From the NCBI GenBank assembly GCA_965224705.1, contig OZ245056.1, forward strand, positions 480,001 to 544,000: a stretch of DNA of 64,000 nucleotides. The letters are read 5' to 3'. The stretch comes from Spirochaetaceae bacterium (GTDB taxonomy: Bacteria; Spirochaetota; Spirochaetia; DSM-2461). Numbering within the stretch: position 1 is the stretch's first letter; the number at the start of each line of letters is the position of its first letter. A program made the position numbers and the translations under genes. Below are positions 1 to 10,653 of the stretch, in pieces. Under the pieces are notes generated by a model. The model searched no databases, was not told where the DNA came from, and saw only the letters and a list, made by a program, of their open reading frames with translations.

Positions 1-62
1 GAGTTGGACTGCTACTAAACTTTAAACACCCAAAACTGCAATGGGAGAGAATTATATTATGA
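1..62 (+). CDS. 3' end of probable GxxExxY family protein (partial)
   Basis: Frame starting at nt 3 reads VGLLLNFKHPKLQWERIIL-stop, resembling GxxExxY C-termini. It is followed by the CACAGAT-type repeats often seen beside such genes. Confidence 0.55.
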   Translation, partial: VGLLLNFKHPKLQWERIIL

Positions 63-155
63 AACCACAGATACACACAAATAGACACAGATTATTAAAC
101 AGGTATTTTAGAAACAACTCTTCTATCCGTGTCCATCTGTGTCCATCCGTGGTTA
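63..155. repeat. REP-like inverted repeat pair
   Basis: aaccacagatacacacaaatagacacagat and atccgtgtccatctgtgtccatccgtggtt are imperfect reverse complements. Confidence 0.6.
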
Positions 156-171
156 CAAATAAAGGACAAAA

Positions 172-3100
172 ATGACTAACTACAAACCCATTGCAGAATC
201 AAAAAACTTCATCGTCTTAGACAAATACACCCAGGGATGGCAAGCCTGCGAAAGCTACCAGAGCGAATATGCTTTGGAATCCGAGTTTATCGCCGACCTG
301 CAAAACCAGGGTTATGAATATTTGCCCGATCTGAATACACCCGAGAAAATGCTGGCGAATGTGCGCAAGCAGCTGCAGGCTTTGAACAAGGTGCAGTTTT
401 CGGAGGGTGAATGGCTGCGCTTTGTGGAGAACTATCTGGACAATCCCAGCGATACCATCATCGATAAAACCCGCAAAATACATGATAACTATATTCACGA
501 CTTTGTCTTTGATGACGGGCATATCCAGAACATCTATCTGGTGGATAAGAAAAATATTGCCCGCAATAAATGTCAGGTGATCAGGCAGTTTGAACAGACC
601 GGCACCCACGCCAACCGCTACGATGTGACGGTGCTGGTCAATGGCCTGCCCCTGGTGCAGATTGAGCTGAAAAAACGCGGCGTTGCCATTCGTGAAGCCT
701 TTAATCAGGTGCACCGCTACAGCAAGGAGAGCTTTAACAGCGAGCATTCCTTGTACAAATATCTGCAGCTTTTCGTAATCTCAAACGGAACGGACAGCCG
801 CTATTTTGCCAATACAACAAAACGCGATAAGAACAGTTTTGATTTTACCATGAACTGGGCGAAGGCCGATAACAGCCTGATTAAAGACCTGAAAGATTTC
901 ACTGCCACCTTTTTTCAGAAAAATACCCTGCTCAATGTACTGCTGCGTTATTCGGTGTTTGATGTCACTGATACCCTGCTGGTGATGCGCCCTTACCAGA
1001 TTGCTGCGACGGAACGCATTTTATGGAAGGTGAAAAGCTCCCATGCAGCAAAAAACTGGAACAAACCCGAAAGCGGCGGCTACATCTGGCATACCACCGG
1101 CTCCGGCAAAACCCTGACTAGTTTCAAAGCAGCACGGTTGGCAACTGAACTGGAGTTTATTGACAAGGTGTTTTTTGTGGTTGACCGAAAAGACCTGGAT
1201 TACCAGACAATGAAAGAGTACCAGCGCTTTTCGCCGGACAGTGTCAATGGCTCCGACAGCACCGCCGGGCTCAAGCGCAACCTGGATAAAGATGACAATA
1301 AGATCATTGTGACCACCATACAGAAGCTCAATAACCTGATGAAAGGGGAAAGCGGTTTAGCCATCTACAACAAGCAGGTGGTGTTTATTTTCGATGAGGC
1401 GCACCGCAGCCAATTTGGTGAGGCACAGAAAAACCTGAAGAAAAAGTTTAAACAATTTTATCAATTCGGCTTTACCGGCACACCGATATTCCCGCAAAAC
1501 GCCCTCAGTGCGGAGACCACCGTCAGTGTGTTTGGCCGTGAGCTGCATTCCTATGTCATCACCGATGCCATCCGCGATGAAAAGGTATTGAAGTTCAAGG
1601 TGGATTATAACGATGTGCGCCCGCTTTTTAAGGCGATTGAAAGCGAACGGAATGAGAAAAAACTCAATGCGGCGGAGAACAAACAGGCCCTGCTGCACCC
1701 TAAGCGCATCAAGGAGGTCACGCAGTACATCCTAAACAACTTCCGGCAGAAAACGCATCGCCTGAAAGCCGGTGCCAGGGGCTTCAATGCCATGTTTGCG
1801 GTGAGTAGTGTGGAAGCGGCCAAACTCTATTACGAGTCGTTCAAACAATTGCAGGAAGGCAGTGATAATCCACTGAAAGCGGCCACTATCTTCTCGTTTG
1901 CGGCCAACGAAGAACAGGATGCTGTTGGTGATATTGTAGACGAGAGCTTTGATGTTTCAGCCATGAACAGCAGCGCCAAGGAGTTTTTGAATGCGGCCAT
2001 CGCCGACTACAACGCGCTGTTTAAAACCAATTTCGGCGTGGATAGTTCTGGCTTTCAAAACTATTACCGCGACCTTGCCAAGCATGTAAAAAGTCAGGAA
2101 ATTGATCTGCTCATTGTGGTGGGAATGTTTCTGACCGGCTTTGATGCCCCGACATTGAATACATTGTTTGTCGATAAAAACCTGCGTTATCACGGTTTGA
2201 TGCAGGCCTATTCGCGCACCAACCGCATCTATGACACCACCAAGACCTTCGGCAATATCGTTACCTTCCGTAATTTAGAGCAGGCTACGGTTGATGCCAT
2301 TACCCTCTTTGGCGATCAAAACACTAAAAATGTGGTGTTGGAGAAAAGCTATAAGGAATACATGGAAGGCTTTATCGATGCGGTAACCGGTGAAACCCGG
2401 CGCGGCTATATAGAGGTGGTAACAGAATTACAGCAGCGCTTCCCCGAACCGGCAGAGATTGAGAAAGAAGCGGATAAAAAAGCCTTCGTGAAACTCTTTG
2501 GCGAATATTTGCGGGTGGAGAATGTTCTTCAAAACTACGATGAATTTGCCAGTCTGAAAGCCTTGCAGAGTATCGATATGAATGATCTTGAGGCAGTAGG
2601 GGAGTTTAAGATCCAACATTATTTGAACGATGACGACTTGAAAACGATGCAGGCGATTGAGATCCCTTCTGAACGTAAAATTCAGGATTACCGCTCAACC
2701 TATAATGACATTCGAGATTGGCTGCGGCGTGAAAAAGAAGCCAACGGAAAAGAGAATTTCACCAGCAACTGGGACGATGTCATTTTTGAGGTCGACCTGC
2801 TTAAATCTCAGGAAATCAACCTCGACTACATTCTGGGACTTGTTTTTGAGAACAACAAGAAGGTCAAAGATAAGGCGGCACTGGTTGAAGATGTCCGCCG
2901 GATGATCCGGTCCAGCCTCGGCAACCGTGCGAAAGAGGGTCTGCTGGTTGATTTTATCAATCAAACCGACCTAAACCAGATCGGCGATAAGGCCAGTGTG
3001 ATTGATGTCTTTTTTACCTTTGCCCAGGCGGAGCAAAAACGAGAAGCAAAAGAATTGATTGGCTCTGAAGATTTGAATGAAGATGCTGCAAAGCGTTATA

Positions 3101-3270
3101 TCGCCACCTCTTTGAAGCGGGAGTTTGCCAGTGAGAATGGCACGGAACTCAATGCCATTCTGCCTAAGATGAACCCGTTGAACCCGCAATATCTCCCGAA
3201 AAAACAGAGAGTTTTCCAAAAGATAGCCTCTTTTATCGAAAAGTTCAAAGGCGTGGGCGGCGAGGTTTGA
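172..3270 (+). CDS. hsdR: Type I restriction-modification R subunit (EcoR124I-like)
   Basis: [19 protein letters not shown] nuclease motif, HTTGSGKT Walker [30 protein letters not shown] helicase motifs. Confidence 0.95.
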   Translation: MTNYKPIAESKNFIVLDKYTQGWQACESYQSEYALESEFIADLQNQGYEYLPDLNTPEKMLANVRKQLQALNKVQFSEGEWLRFVENYLDNPSDTIIDKTRKIHDNYIHDFVFDDGHIQNIYLVDKKNIARNKCQVIRQFEQTGTHANRYDVTVLVNGLPLVQIELKKRGVAIREAFNQVHRYSKESFNSEHSLYKYLQLFVISNGTDSRYFANTTKRDKNSFDFTMNWAKADNSLIKDLKDFTATFFQKNTLLNVLLRYSVFDVTDTLLVMRPYQIAATERILWKVKSSHAAKNWNKPESGGYIWHTTGSGKTLTSFKAARLATELEFIDKVFFVVDRKDLDYQTMKEYQRFSPDSVNGSDSTAGLKRNLDKDDNKIIVTTIQKLNNLMKGESGLAIYNKQVVFIFDEAHRSQFGEAQKNLKKKFKQFYQFGFTGTPIFPQNALSAETTVSVFGRELHSYVITDAIRDEKVLKFKVDYNDVRPLFKAIESERNEKKLNAAENKQALLHPKRIKEVTQYILNNFRQKTHRLKAGARGFNAMFAVSSVEAAKLYYESFKQLQEGSDNPLKAATIFSFAANEEQDAVGDIVDESFDVSAMNSSAKEFLNAAIADYNALFKTNFGVDSSGFQNYYRDLAKHVKSQEIDLLIVVGMFLTGFDAPTLNTLFVDKNLRYHGLMQAYSRTNRIYDTTKTFGNIVTFRNLEQATVDAITLFGDQNTKNVVLEKSYKEYMEGFIDAVTGETRRGYIEVVTELQQRFPEPAEIEKEADKKAFVKLFGEYLRVENVLQNYDEFASLKALQSIDMNDLEAVGEFKIQHYLNDDDLKTMQAIEIPSERKIQDYRSTYNDIRDWLRREKEANGKENFTSNWDDVIFEVDLLKSQEINLDYILGLVFENNKKVKDKAALVEDVRRMIRSSLGNRAKEGLLVDFINQTDLNQIGDKASVIDVFFTFAQAEQKREAKELIGSEDLNEDAAKRYIATSLKREFASENGTELNAILPKMNPLNPQYLPKKQRVFQKIASFIEKFKGVGGEV

Positions 3271-3312
3271 AATTTCCTAATGCTTCTTCCATGAGGGAGC
3301 TTCAAGCGGCGG

Positions 3313-3529
3313 TTATTGCCGCAAGATCTTCTCAATAGCCTTGCCTTTGGCAAGCTCGTCGATGAGCTTGTCCATGCAGCGCATCTTCCGCATCAGCGGG
3401 TCGTCGGTATCTTCCACGCGCACGCCGCACACGACACCCTTGATGAGCGCGGCTCTTGCGTTCAGCCTTTTGAACGTACAGGGGATAGACCTTTGCAAAA
3501 GCCATCGAGAATATCCTATGCTGTGCCAT
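3313..3529 (-). pseudogene. DUF2200 family gene with internal deletion and frameshift
   Basis: The N-terminus [25 protein letters not shown] and the C-terminus [19 protein letters not shown]...[18 protein letters not shown] lie in different frames, and the middle is missing. Confidence 0.75.
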
Positions 3530-3560
3530 CGCAACCTCCTGGAGATAGAATACATCCAAC

Positions 3561-4097
3561 TTATTCCAGCGCGAATTCAGCGATCCGATTATACCGCACT
3601 CCATCAGGGTGCAGCCTGGATTCAAACAGCACGATTTCCGGCAGAAAAAAACGGAGAGGCAAAGTTTCCGGCAGTGTAGGTAGAAACTGATTGCGCCTGA
3701 ATCTTGCAAGAGTCAGGTGAGGATAGAATTTCCTTCTTTCAACGTGCATGATTTCTGCCAGTCCAGATTTCAGGCTGCGATGCATAGCAGACAGGATATT
3801 TGCGTCATCAACAAGCGTCTGGACAAAGACTTTGGGCTTCCTTGCGTTGGGAAGCAGGGCAAAGGGCCCTGTTTGGACTTCGGGGGCTCCAATACCGCTT
3901 GAAACTGATTCAATAAGTTGCCAAATACTCTCAATCCGATTCTCGTCCGTGTCACCCAAAAAGTTCATTGTAATGTGATACATCTCTGGAGGAATCCATC
4001 GGAGAGTCGGGTTCTCTTCCTGAATGGGCAATACAGTGTTCTGCAGCCGCTGCGCAGCTGCCGGTGTCGTCAGCAGGGCAATAAAAAGTCGCTTCAT
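3561..4097 (-). CDS. thpR: RNA 2',3'-cyclic phosphodiesterase (2H family)
   Basis: MKRLFIA start with two HxT motifs ([15 protein letters not shown]). The upstream ORF extension runs through a MITE and is spurious. Confidence 0.85.
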   Translation of the reverse strand: MKRLFIALLTTPAAAQRLQNTVLPIQEENPTLRWIPPEMYHITMNFLGDTDENRIESIWQLIESVSSGIGAPEVQTGPFALLPNARKPKVFVQTLVDDANILSAMHRSLKSGLAEIMHVERRKFYPHLTLARFRRNQFLPTLPETLPLRFFLPEIVLFESRLHPDGVRYNRIAEFALE

Positions 4098-4107
4098 ACG
4101 TTCCCTA

Positions 4108-4270
4108 GGAGTCTGTCGGACTTTAAGGCTTCGAGGCGATTTTTGATGATTTTTTCCTGATGCAAGGCGACAAAAACGGAGCGTAGCTGGGCTACGTGAG
4201 TATTTTGGCAACGCAGCAGCAGGGAAAAAGGGCAAAAATCGAGCCGTGAGGCGTAAGTCCGACAGACTCC
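4108..4270. mobile_element. MITE family A, full copy (163 bp)
   Basis: Perfect 16-bp TIR ggagtctgtcggactt/aagtccgacagactcc with TA on both flanks; multiple copies in the window. Confidence 0.9.
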
Positions 4271-4366
4271 TAGCATCCAGAATAGTATTTCTCCTCTCGT
4301 TCAACAACTGCTGTCTCCACACTGGCGGAGAATTCATAGAGCGTAGGAAGGGCGTTCAGTGCCCTG

Positions 4367-4460
4367 GGAGTCTGTCGGACTTTAAGGCTTCAAGGCGATT
4401 TCTGATGATTTTTCCTGATGCAAGGCGGCTGAGCCCTGAGACCCAGGTCCGATAGACTCC
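4367..4460. mobile_element. MITE family A, internally deleted copy
   Basis: Both TIRs present, core missing; abuts the stop codon of the upstream minus-strand gene. Confidence 0.8.
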
Positions 4461-5050
4461 TAGTCCAACCGGTAATGCTCAACGGATTTGAGATCAATGG
4501 CCATTTTCAATGAGGTAAATAATCGATGATCCCTAAGAGTTATGGCAGGAAAATCCAATAATCCTGCCCGAGCACGGATTCTTTCGGGTTTATTGTACTC
4601 ACGAGCACGAAGGAAGTCTCCCAGAGAGTTCTTAATGGCCATTTCCATGGAATTACGGCGTGTTTCACCAAGGTACAGGGATGCAATACCAATTCCGGAT
4701 GAGAATGAGTAGGCCTGACTGTTCCAGGCGGCTATTCGCTGTATCTGACTGGTATCTGGATGATATTCCAGCAATACATAATCAAACTCATTATCGAAGA
4801 CTACCTTTACCATTTTCATCCGGGGATCTCCCCTGGGAATCAGTGCAACTGGCTGGATATCCAGAGATTCCTCAACATTCCGAGCAATGGATAATGGAGT
4901 CCATTGTATGAAGAATCCATAGATCATACCGGAGAATATCCAGCGGGCATCTTCCAGTAAAGAATCAATCATCTCCCTTTTTTGTTCTTCTTTAGTTTTT
5001 ATATCTCTCAGGCTCTGACCGGATCCCAGAGTTTGAACCGATTCAGGCAA
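4460..5050 (-). CDS. Hypothetical exported protein
   Basis: ORF directly downstream of the rhomboid gene. The frame stays open upstream through a hydrophobic signal-like stretch (AFFLLLCLSAPGFA), so the true start is uncertain. Confidence 0.6.
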   Translation of the reverse strand: MPESVQTLGSGQSLRDIKTKEEQKREMIDSLLEDARWIFSGMIYGFFIQWTPLSIARNVEESLDIQPVALIPRGDPRMKMVKVVFDNEFDYVLLEYHPDTSQIQRIAAWNSQAYSFSSGIGIASLYLGETRRNSMEMAIKNSLGDFLRAREYNKPERIRARAGLLDFPAITLRDHRLFTSLKMAIDLKSVEHYRLD

Positions 5051-5130
5051 TAACCACAGCTCTCCCCGTACAGGGTCAGCAAAACCAGGGGCAGACAGAC
5101 ATAGCAGCAGAAAGAAAGCATGCAGCTGTT

Positions 5131-5748
5131 TCAGCGTTTATCTCTCATTTCATGGATTGGATTCATTCTTAAACGGATTACAAAGTATAAATATCCAAAT
5201 GCAAGACCGCTCAAATGGGTGAGGTGGGCAATTCCAACACGGCCCCTCATGTGCATGAAAATATCAAGTCCAGCAAACACAAGCAGTGCATAGGGGGCAC
5301 GCATCGGCAATATGTAAAAAACAAGGAGTCTAACCCTGGGGAAGTAAGTTGCAAAGGCAAGAAGAGAACCGTAGAGTGCTCCAGAAGCACCAACAATGGG
5401 GATGTTATATCCAAGATTCCTATACGCAAATACCGAAAACAATCCCGCCAGTGCACCGGTAGTCAGATAGAAAATCAGAAACTCCCTGGATCCCATCCGT
5501 GACTCGACACTTGAGGCAGCAAAGATCAGAAAAATCATATTGAAGAGGAGATGCATGAATCCACCATGAACAAACATGTACGTAACGGGAGTCCAGAACA
5601 GGCCCTGGCTCAGCCCTCCAGGATAGACGGCAAGATAACGAACCAGATCCGGGATAAGGTAAGTGGCAAGGAAAACAGCAATGTTGACAGTGATAAGGGT
5701 TGTAACAACACTGCGGCGGTTATCGAAATAATTCATAAGGCTCCTCAA
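5131..5748 (-). CDS. Rhomboid family intramembrane serine protease
   Basis: HLLFNM, GASG catalytic Ser, AHLTHLSG catalytic His. Confidence 0.9.
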   Translation of the reverse strand: MRSLMNYFDNRRSVVTTLITVNIAVFLATYLIPDLVRYLAVYPGGLSQGLFWTPVTYMFVHGGFMHLLFNMIFLIFAASSVESRMGSREFLIFYLTTGALAGLFSVFAYRNLGYNIPIVGASGALYGSLLAFATYFPRVRLLVFYILPMRAPYALLVFAGLDIFMHMRGRVGIAHLTHLSGLAFGYLYFVIRLRMNPIHEMRDKR

Positions 5749-5760
5749 AAAAGATATCGT

Positions 5761-7503
5761 TCACCGATACAGGGGAGGGATTCGGGTAACAGCAAATAGC
5801 CGAACATCCATGTATGGAATTGTACTCGTTACTCTCATAATATCGGAACCAAGATGGAGAATACCTCTCCTGTCATCAAAATCATACTCGATTATCGTCA
5901 TTTTTTCGGGTTTCTTCAGGTATGGAGAATAATCAACATCTATGGAATTCAACGAATCAGGACTATCGTACTCGAAAGAGACAACGGCTATCAACAGTCC
6001 CCGTTTAGATGATATAATCCACCAAACCAGCTGGTCGTTTATAAATCTATCGACCAGTTCTCCAGAATTCAGTATGTTCCGAAATAACAGTGCGGTATCT
6101 TCGAGACAATGAACCCGTCTGGCATAGCTGTGATCCGGCATCCATCCCAATGTCGCGGCCTGTTTAACAGACGAATGAAATCCCCATGCCCCTTCCAGGG
6201 CACCCATGGTTTCCAGCAGCGGTCTCCGGGAGGGACCGGTTCCAAGGAAACGGGCAACAAATCTCTTAATCAGAGCCCTTTTCCTTTCTGTCAGACTATC
6301 CTCTTCACCGGGATTTAATGCCAATGGAATCGAAAACTTCAGTTTTCGGCCCAGGTTTAACTGACGGAGGGAGTCATTCAAGGTAAAGACCCTTTGAAAC
6401 CATCCCTTATCGGCCTTGCATTCAGCATCCTTAACAAGAACCAGATCAATTCCCTGAAGTCCATAATCTTCTATCTCTTCAGGATGTCCCTCTGCTGCTA
6501 CACCAATATTTCGGCGGACTCCAGATTTCCGGGCGCTTTCAGCGGCCCTGCTCATCAAAGCCAGATCCGGGATTTCGTCCTGTCCCCCCTCATAACTCCT
6601 TGTACCGTTGAGAACCAGAAAATCAAAGCCATAACGATCCCGCCAGAGATCAAAAACCCGACACCAATAGGCCACCGCTTCATCCCTTGTTTCCCCAAGA
6701 TCATGACTGTTGACCTTCTTAAAGGCAAGAGGAACACGTTTGCTCCCATCACTGGAAAGCTTTGGTTCAATAGAGATATTGGTGAGCGTCGTTTGAATGT
6801 CATTTCTGTTCAGTCCCACTCCAGATTCTTTTATCAATGCAATTTGTTCTCGAACAATCTCCCTCCATTCCTCCTGTTTCTCTTCATCAGGAATGAATTG
6901 ACCATGTTGAGTCCAGAGAAAAAGCTCCGGTTTATGGAGAACCACAGCTGCCAGGGGGTCAACACGGTAATCCAGTTCATACCCTGTCACCAGGCCGAGA
7001 AGATGTGCTGCTTCGCAAAAAGCCAGCATCTGAACTTCGGGTCCCATACCCGCATCCAATGCATCGGCATCTGCCAGTTCCCTTCTGATAACAGCATGAC
7101 TCTCCATGAGTTCCAGATTTTCTGATGGTCCCTGTGTAACCGGGCTGATAATAATTCCACGGGTCCTCAAAGTGGCAAGATAGAAGGAAGCACTGAGAAA
7201 GTTCCCCATTTTTCTGCCCACACCAGCACCACGAATATTGACCAGGGTATAATCAAACTCACTCATCCAGCGTGTATCACGGCGCCGCAGAACAGGAGAC
7301 TCATAGGAATGCATAAGTGCAATTCGGCAGAAGAAATCAACGATAACCGGGAGTTTGTATTGGAGTAATTCACTACCAGACTTATTCAGGCAGCCATGAG
7401 CCTCATAATCCCGAAAGAGTTGAGCTGCAATCCCGGCAGATTCCTTATCCGCTGGAAAAAAACTTGCAAGTCGTTTCCAGATATTTTTGGGTAAAGTCTC
7501 CAT
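5761..7503 (-). CDS. Hypothetical protein, possibly a degenerate glycosidase-like fold
   Basis: Long ORF in operon with rhomboid. Start moved to METLPKN to avoid overlap with the divergent rlmE; function not established. Confidence 0.55.
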   Translation of the reverse strand: METLPKNIWKRLASFFPADKESAGIAAQLFRDYEAHGCLNKSGSELLQYKLPVIVDFFCRIALMHSYESPVLRRRDTRWMSEFDYTLVNIRGAGVGRKMGNFLSASFYLATLRTRGIIISPVTQGPSENLELMESHAVIRRELADADALDAGMGPEVQMLAFCEAAHLLGLVTGYELDYRVDPLAAVVLHKPELFLWTQHGQFIPDEEKQEEWREIVREQIALIKESGVGLNRNDIQTTLTNISIEPKLSSDGSKRVPLAFKKVNSHDLGETRDEAVAYWCRVFDLWRDRYGFDFLVLNGTRSYEGGQDEIPDLALMSRAAESARKSGVRRNIGVAAEGHPEEIEDYGLQGIDLVLVKDAECKADKGWFQRVFTLNDSLRQLNLGRKLKFSIPLALNPGEEDSLTERKRALIKRFVARFLGTGPSRRPLLETMGALEGAWGFHSSVKQAATLGWMPDHSYARRVHCLEDTALLFRNILNSGELVDRFINDQLVWWIISSKRGLLIAVVSFEYDSPDSLNSIDVDYSPYLKKPEKMTIIEYDFDDRRGILHLGSDIMRVTSTIPYMDVRLFAVTRIPPLYR

Positions 7504-7548
7504 AATGTCATTATAGCATAGCAACATGTTAGGGTGTAGGATAGGAAG

Positions 7549-8160
7549 ATGCGCACGAAAAAACACCCGGATTACTGGACAATGAAGGCCAGAAAACTTG
7601 GATATCCAGCCCGATCGATTTTCAAACTGGAAGAAATTCAAACAAAATGGCATCCGATTCAGAAAAACAAACCTGTTCTTGACATAGGAGCAAGTCCGGG
7701 AAGCTGGACTCTCTTTGTTCTAAGATTAATGGGATCAAACACCCGTATCAGTGCCGTGGATCTCAAAGCCCTCAATATAACTCCCCCTGAGAGTACGAAT
7801 TTCCGCTTCCTGCAAGGCGATGTATTTTCCCCTGAGGCAGCTGATTTTCTACAAACCGGAGGGCCATACGGCTGTATACTCAGCGATGCAGCTCCATCAA
7901 CATCCGGGAACCGTCTGATCGATACCAGTCAATCATTCAGTCTGGTGATGCGTGTTATCGACCTGGCCCGGGAGTATCTTTCTCCAGGAGGAAATCTCGT
8001 CGTCAAGGTGTTTCAGGGAGGGGATGAAAAGATTATTCAGGACTGTCTGAAAAAACTTTTCAAAGAAGTCAAAATATTCAGGCCGGAAGCTGTCAGGAAA
8101 CAGTCAATGGAAACCTACATGACGGGATTACACAGGCTGCCGACCGCCAAAAAACCATGA
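7549..8160 (+). CDS. rlmE: 23S rRNA Um2552 methyltransferase (FtsJ/RlmE)
   Basis: ARSIFKLEEI, LDIGASPGSW, SDAAP, VKVFQG, SMETY catalytic K-D-K-E. Confidence 0.92.
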   Translation: MRTKKHPDYWTMKARKLGYPARSIFKLEEIQTKWHPIQKNKPVLDIGASPGSWTLFVLRLMGSNTRISAVDLKALNITPPESTNFRFLQGDVFSPEAADFLQTGGPYGCILSDAAPSTSGNRLIDTSQSFSLVMRVIDLAREYLSPGGNLVVKVFQGGDEKIIQDCLKKLFKEVKIFRPEAVRKQSMETYMTGLHRLPTAKKP

Positions 8161-8844
8161 AAACAGGGCACTGACACCGCGATGTGGTTTGGGGCTGCTA
8201 TCCCCGGCAAACAGCATAACATCTTCCTCACGGCCAATAACAAGCAGTATGTCATTGCTTTGAAATCGATAATTCGGATCTGGCAAATGGAAGCTTTCAT
8301 CCCCTCCTCTTCGAAAAGCGACCACGTTGATTCCTTGCTGACGGATATTCATTTCCAGCAGTGTGTGGTTGATCAAATCCTCCGGTATACCAATTTCTGC
8401 AAAAACCAGGCCGCCTGAAATGGTCATATAATTGAACATAAGATCCGATATCAGCAGCGGGGTCAGCCTTTTTGCAGCTTCAATATTGGGAAAAACGACA
8501 TGATGAGCTCCAACGAGTGAAAGAATTTCCCCGTGCTGATCAGTCTCAGCCTTGACTATTATTCTCGGGACTCCAATTTTACTCAGATACTGTGTGACCA
8601 GAATCGATGCTTCTATTTTGTCCCCCAGATCCACAACGACTGCGTCGATATCGGCTGGAATGAGTTTCGTTACAATTTCCTTGTTGATCACATTGGCGAT
8701 ATAGGCCGCTGTCACTTCATTCTTGAAATACTCAATGATCTCGGGATCCTTATCAATGAGAACAATCTCACAGTCAAGAAGGATTAACTCCTCCAGAATT
8801 CTCTGGCCAAAACTACTGGCTCCAATCACAGCATACTGTTTCAT
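8128..8844 (-). CDS. trkA: Ktr/Trk K+ uptake NAD-binding subunit
   Basis: N-terminal Rossmann-like RCK_N plus RCK_C, adjacent to a TrkH-type membrane subunit. Confidence 0.85.
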   Translation of the reverse strand: MKQYAVIGASSFGQRILEELILLDCEIVLIDKDPEIIEYFKNEVTAAYIANVINKEIVTKLIPADIDAVVVDLGDKIEASILVTQYLSKIGVPRIIVKAETDQHGEILSLVGAHHVVFPNIEAAKRLTPLLISDLMFNYMTISGGLVFAEIGIPEDLINHTLLEMNIRQQGINVVAFRRGGDESFHLPDPNYRFQSNDILLVIGREEDVMLFAGDSSPKPHRGVSALFSWFFGGRQPV

Positions 8845-10217
8845 CCTATCAATACCTCTCCCCTGGGGAAATCTATCAATCGATCTGCACGAGTGCGAAA
8901 TGAACGCATTATCAGAGAGAATAAACCAACTCGGCCTGTAAACATAGTGACTGCAATAACAACTTTGCCGCCAATAGAAAGATCAGGAGTCAGTCCGGTG
9001 GATAATCCAACCGTAGCCAGAGCTGAAACACATTCGAATATCAAATCCGAGGAAGTAAGCTCTGTTTTCGCCGAGAACTCAATTATACCCAGGGCAAATA
9101 CGGAGACAAGAAGTATGGCAATGGCCTTTAGAAAGAACATTGCAGCACGACTGACATTCACAGCCGTTATTCGCCGTCTCAAAAATCTGATATCGCCCCT
9201 CTCATTCACTCCTCGAAAAAGCAGAAGAAAAAGTATAAAGGCCGTAGACACCTTAAGACCGCCGGCAGTTGACCCCGATCCGCCGCCAATGAGCATGAGT
9301 ACCAGAGTCAGCCAGCGGGATACGGGTGACAATAGGGATTGATCGACAGTATTAAACCCCGCCGTCCGAGTGGTGACGGACTGGAAAAAGGCCGCTAAAA
9401 CACGCTCTTTAGGAGAGAGATTGACAAAAACGCCCGTAGAATCAAATAGAAGATACCCGGAAAATCCAATGAAGATAAATATTGGAGTCGCTATGAGCAT
9501 CAGTTTTGTATGATAGAGAAGTGGTCGGCTCCAGTGCATGATTTTCTGCCGGATATCCCGAATAACCATGAATCCTATACCTCCCATAATAACAAGGAGT
9601 ATAATGGTGAGATTCAGTACAAAGCTGCTGCGAAATGGCACAAAACCGGTACTGAATAAGGAAAAACCCGCATTGCAAAACGCTGATACCGCATGAAACA
9701 GTCCTGCAAACACTGGCCGGGGCACACCGGATCGATAGAAACTGCACGCAAGTATGATAAATCCCAGTCCCTCAATAAACAGTGTTGTCACTATTATGCT
9801 TCTTATTATTGACCGGCTGTTAACAGTATCATCTGAAGCAAAAGAATCTTTGATAAATCGGGTACTCTTAAGGGAAATACGCATCCTGGGTAAAACCAGA
9901 TAAAGCATACTGAAAGTGATAATGCCCAATCCTCCGGTTTGAATAAGAATCAAAATAACGAACTGACCGAAGAGGCTCCAGAGGGATGTATCAATGGTGA
10001 TTAAACCTGTTACACATGTCGCCGATACAGCCGTAAAAAAAGCATCAATGACGGGTACAGAACTTCGGCCGGATGCCCCGCTCCAGCTGACAGGAAGGGC
10101 AAGAAGCAGACTCCCTGCTACAATGAGGAGCAGGAAATAACCATAGAGAACTGTGCGATCCGATGACCAGAAATTGTGATTTTTTTTCATCCGCTCATAA
10201 GGATAATATCTCTGCAA
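8841..10217 (-). CDS. trkH: Ktr/Trk K+ uptake membrane subunit
   Basis: SATCVTGL, SAFCNAGF, TRTAGF, ATVGLS pore motifs. Confidence 0.9.
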   Translation of the reverse strand: MQRYYPYERMKKNHNFWSSDRTVLYGYFLLLIVAGSLLLALPVSWSGASGRSSVPVIDAFFTAVSATCVTGLITIDTSLWSLFGQFVILILIQTGGLGIITFSMLYLVLPRMRISLKSTRFIKDSFASDDTVNSRSIIRSIIVTTLFIEGLGFIILACSFYRSGVPRPVFAGLFHAVSAFCNAGFSLFSTGFVPFRSSFVLNLTIILLVIMGGIGFMVIRDIRQKIMHWSRPLLYHTKLMLIATPIFIFIGFSGYLLFDSTGVFVNLSPKERVLAAFFQSVTTRTAGFNTVDQSLLSPVSRWLTLVLMLIGGGSGSTAGGLKVSTAFILFLLLFRGVNERGDIRFLRRRITAVNVSRAAMFFLKAIAILLVSVFALGIIEFSAKTELTSSDLIFECVSALATVGLSTGLTPDLSIGGKVVIAVTMFTGRVGLFSLIMRSFRTRADRLIDFPRGEVLIG

Positions 10218-10380
10218 TACTCATGCCAGAGTTTATGACGGATATCCTGCTTTTCAGTATTCGAAAGCCTGCATCCCCGTGACAAGATCAACACTTCACG
10301 GGGCTGTATCTATAATCCGTTACCTTGACAAGAAACTCCATGCGGTGCAATGATACGGTTTATTACTCACAGGAGTCTCT

Positions 10381-10653
10381 ATGCTGCACGAACCCGCCCC
10401 ACAGGACACGTTTGAAGACCATGCGGCTGAATACAAATCGAAAACCGGTATCAAACTGTTCATTGCCTACTCCATAGCGTTTGGAATATTCGTCCTAACG
10501 AATACTTTTGCACCGGAAATCATGGGGATCAAAATTCTTTTTGGTTTGAATCTGGCCATAATTTTTGGCTTCGTGCTCATCATCCTGGCCGTTATTCTTG
10601 GCTTAATCTATAACATCCTCTGTTCGGTAAAAGAGAGGGAACTCAACGAATGA
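10381..10653 (+). CDS. DUF485 (YjcH-like) membrane protein
   Basis: Two-TM small ORF overlapping the start of actP, the canonical pairing. Confidence 0.8.
   Translation: MLHEPAPQDTFEDHAAEYKSKTGIKLFIAYSIAFGIFVLTNTFAPEIMGIKILFGLNLAIIFGFVLIILAVILGLIYNILCSVKERELNE

Noticed and set aside
4098..4337. N-terminal extension of thpR and recurring peptide SLSDLRLTARFLPFF in several ORFs
   Set aside because: Translation of MITE family A, not a protein domain
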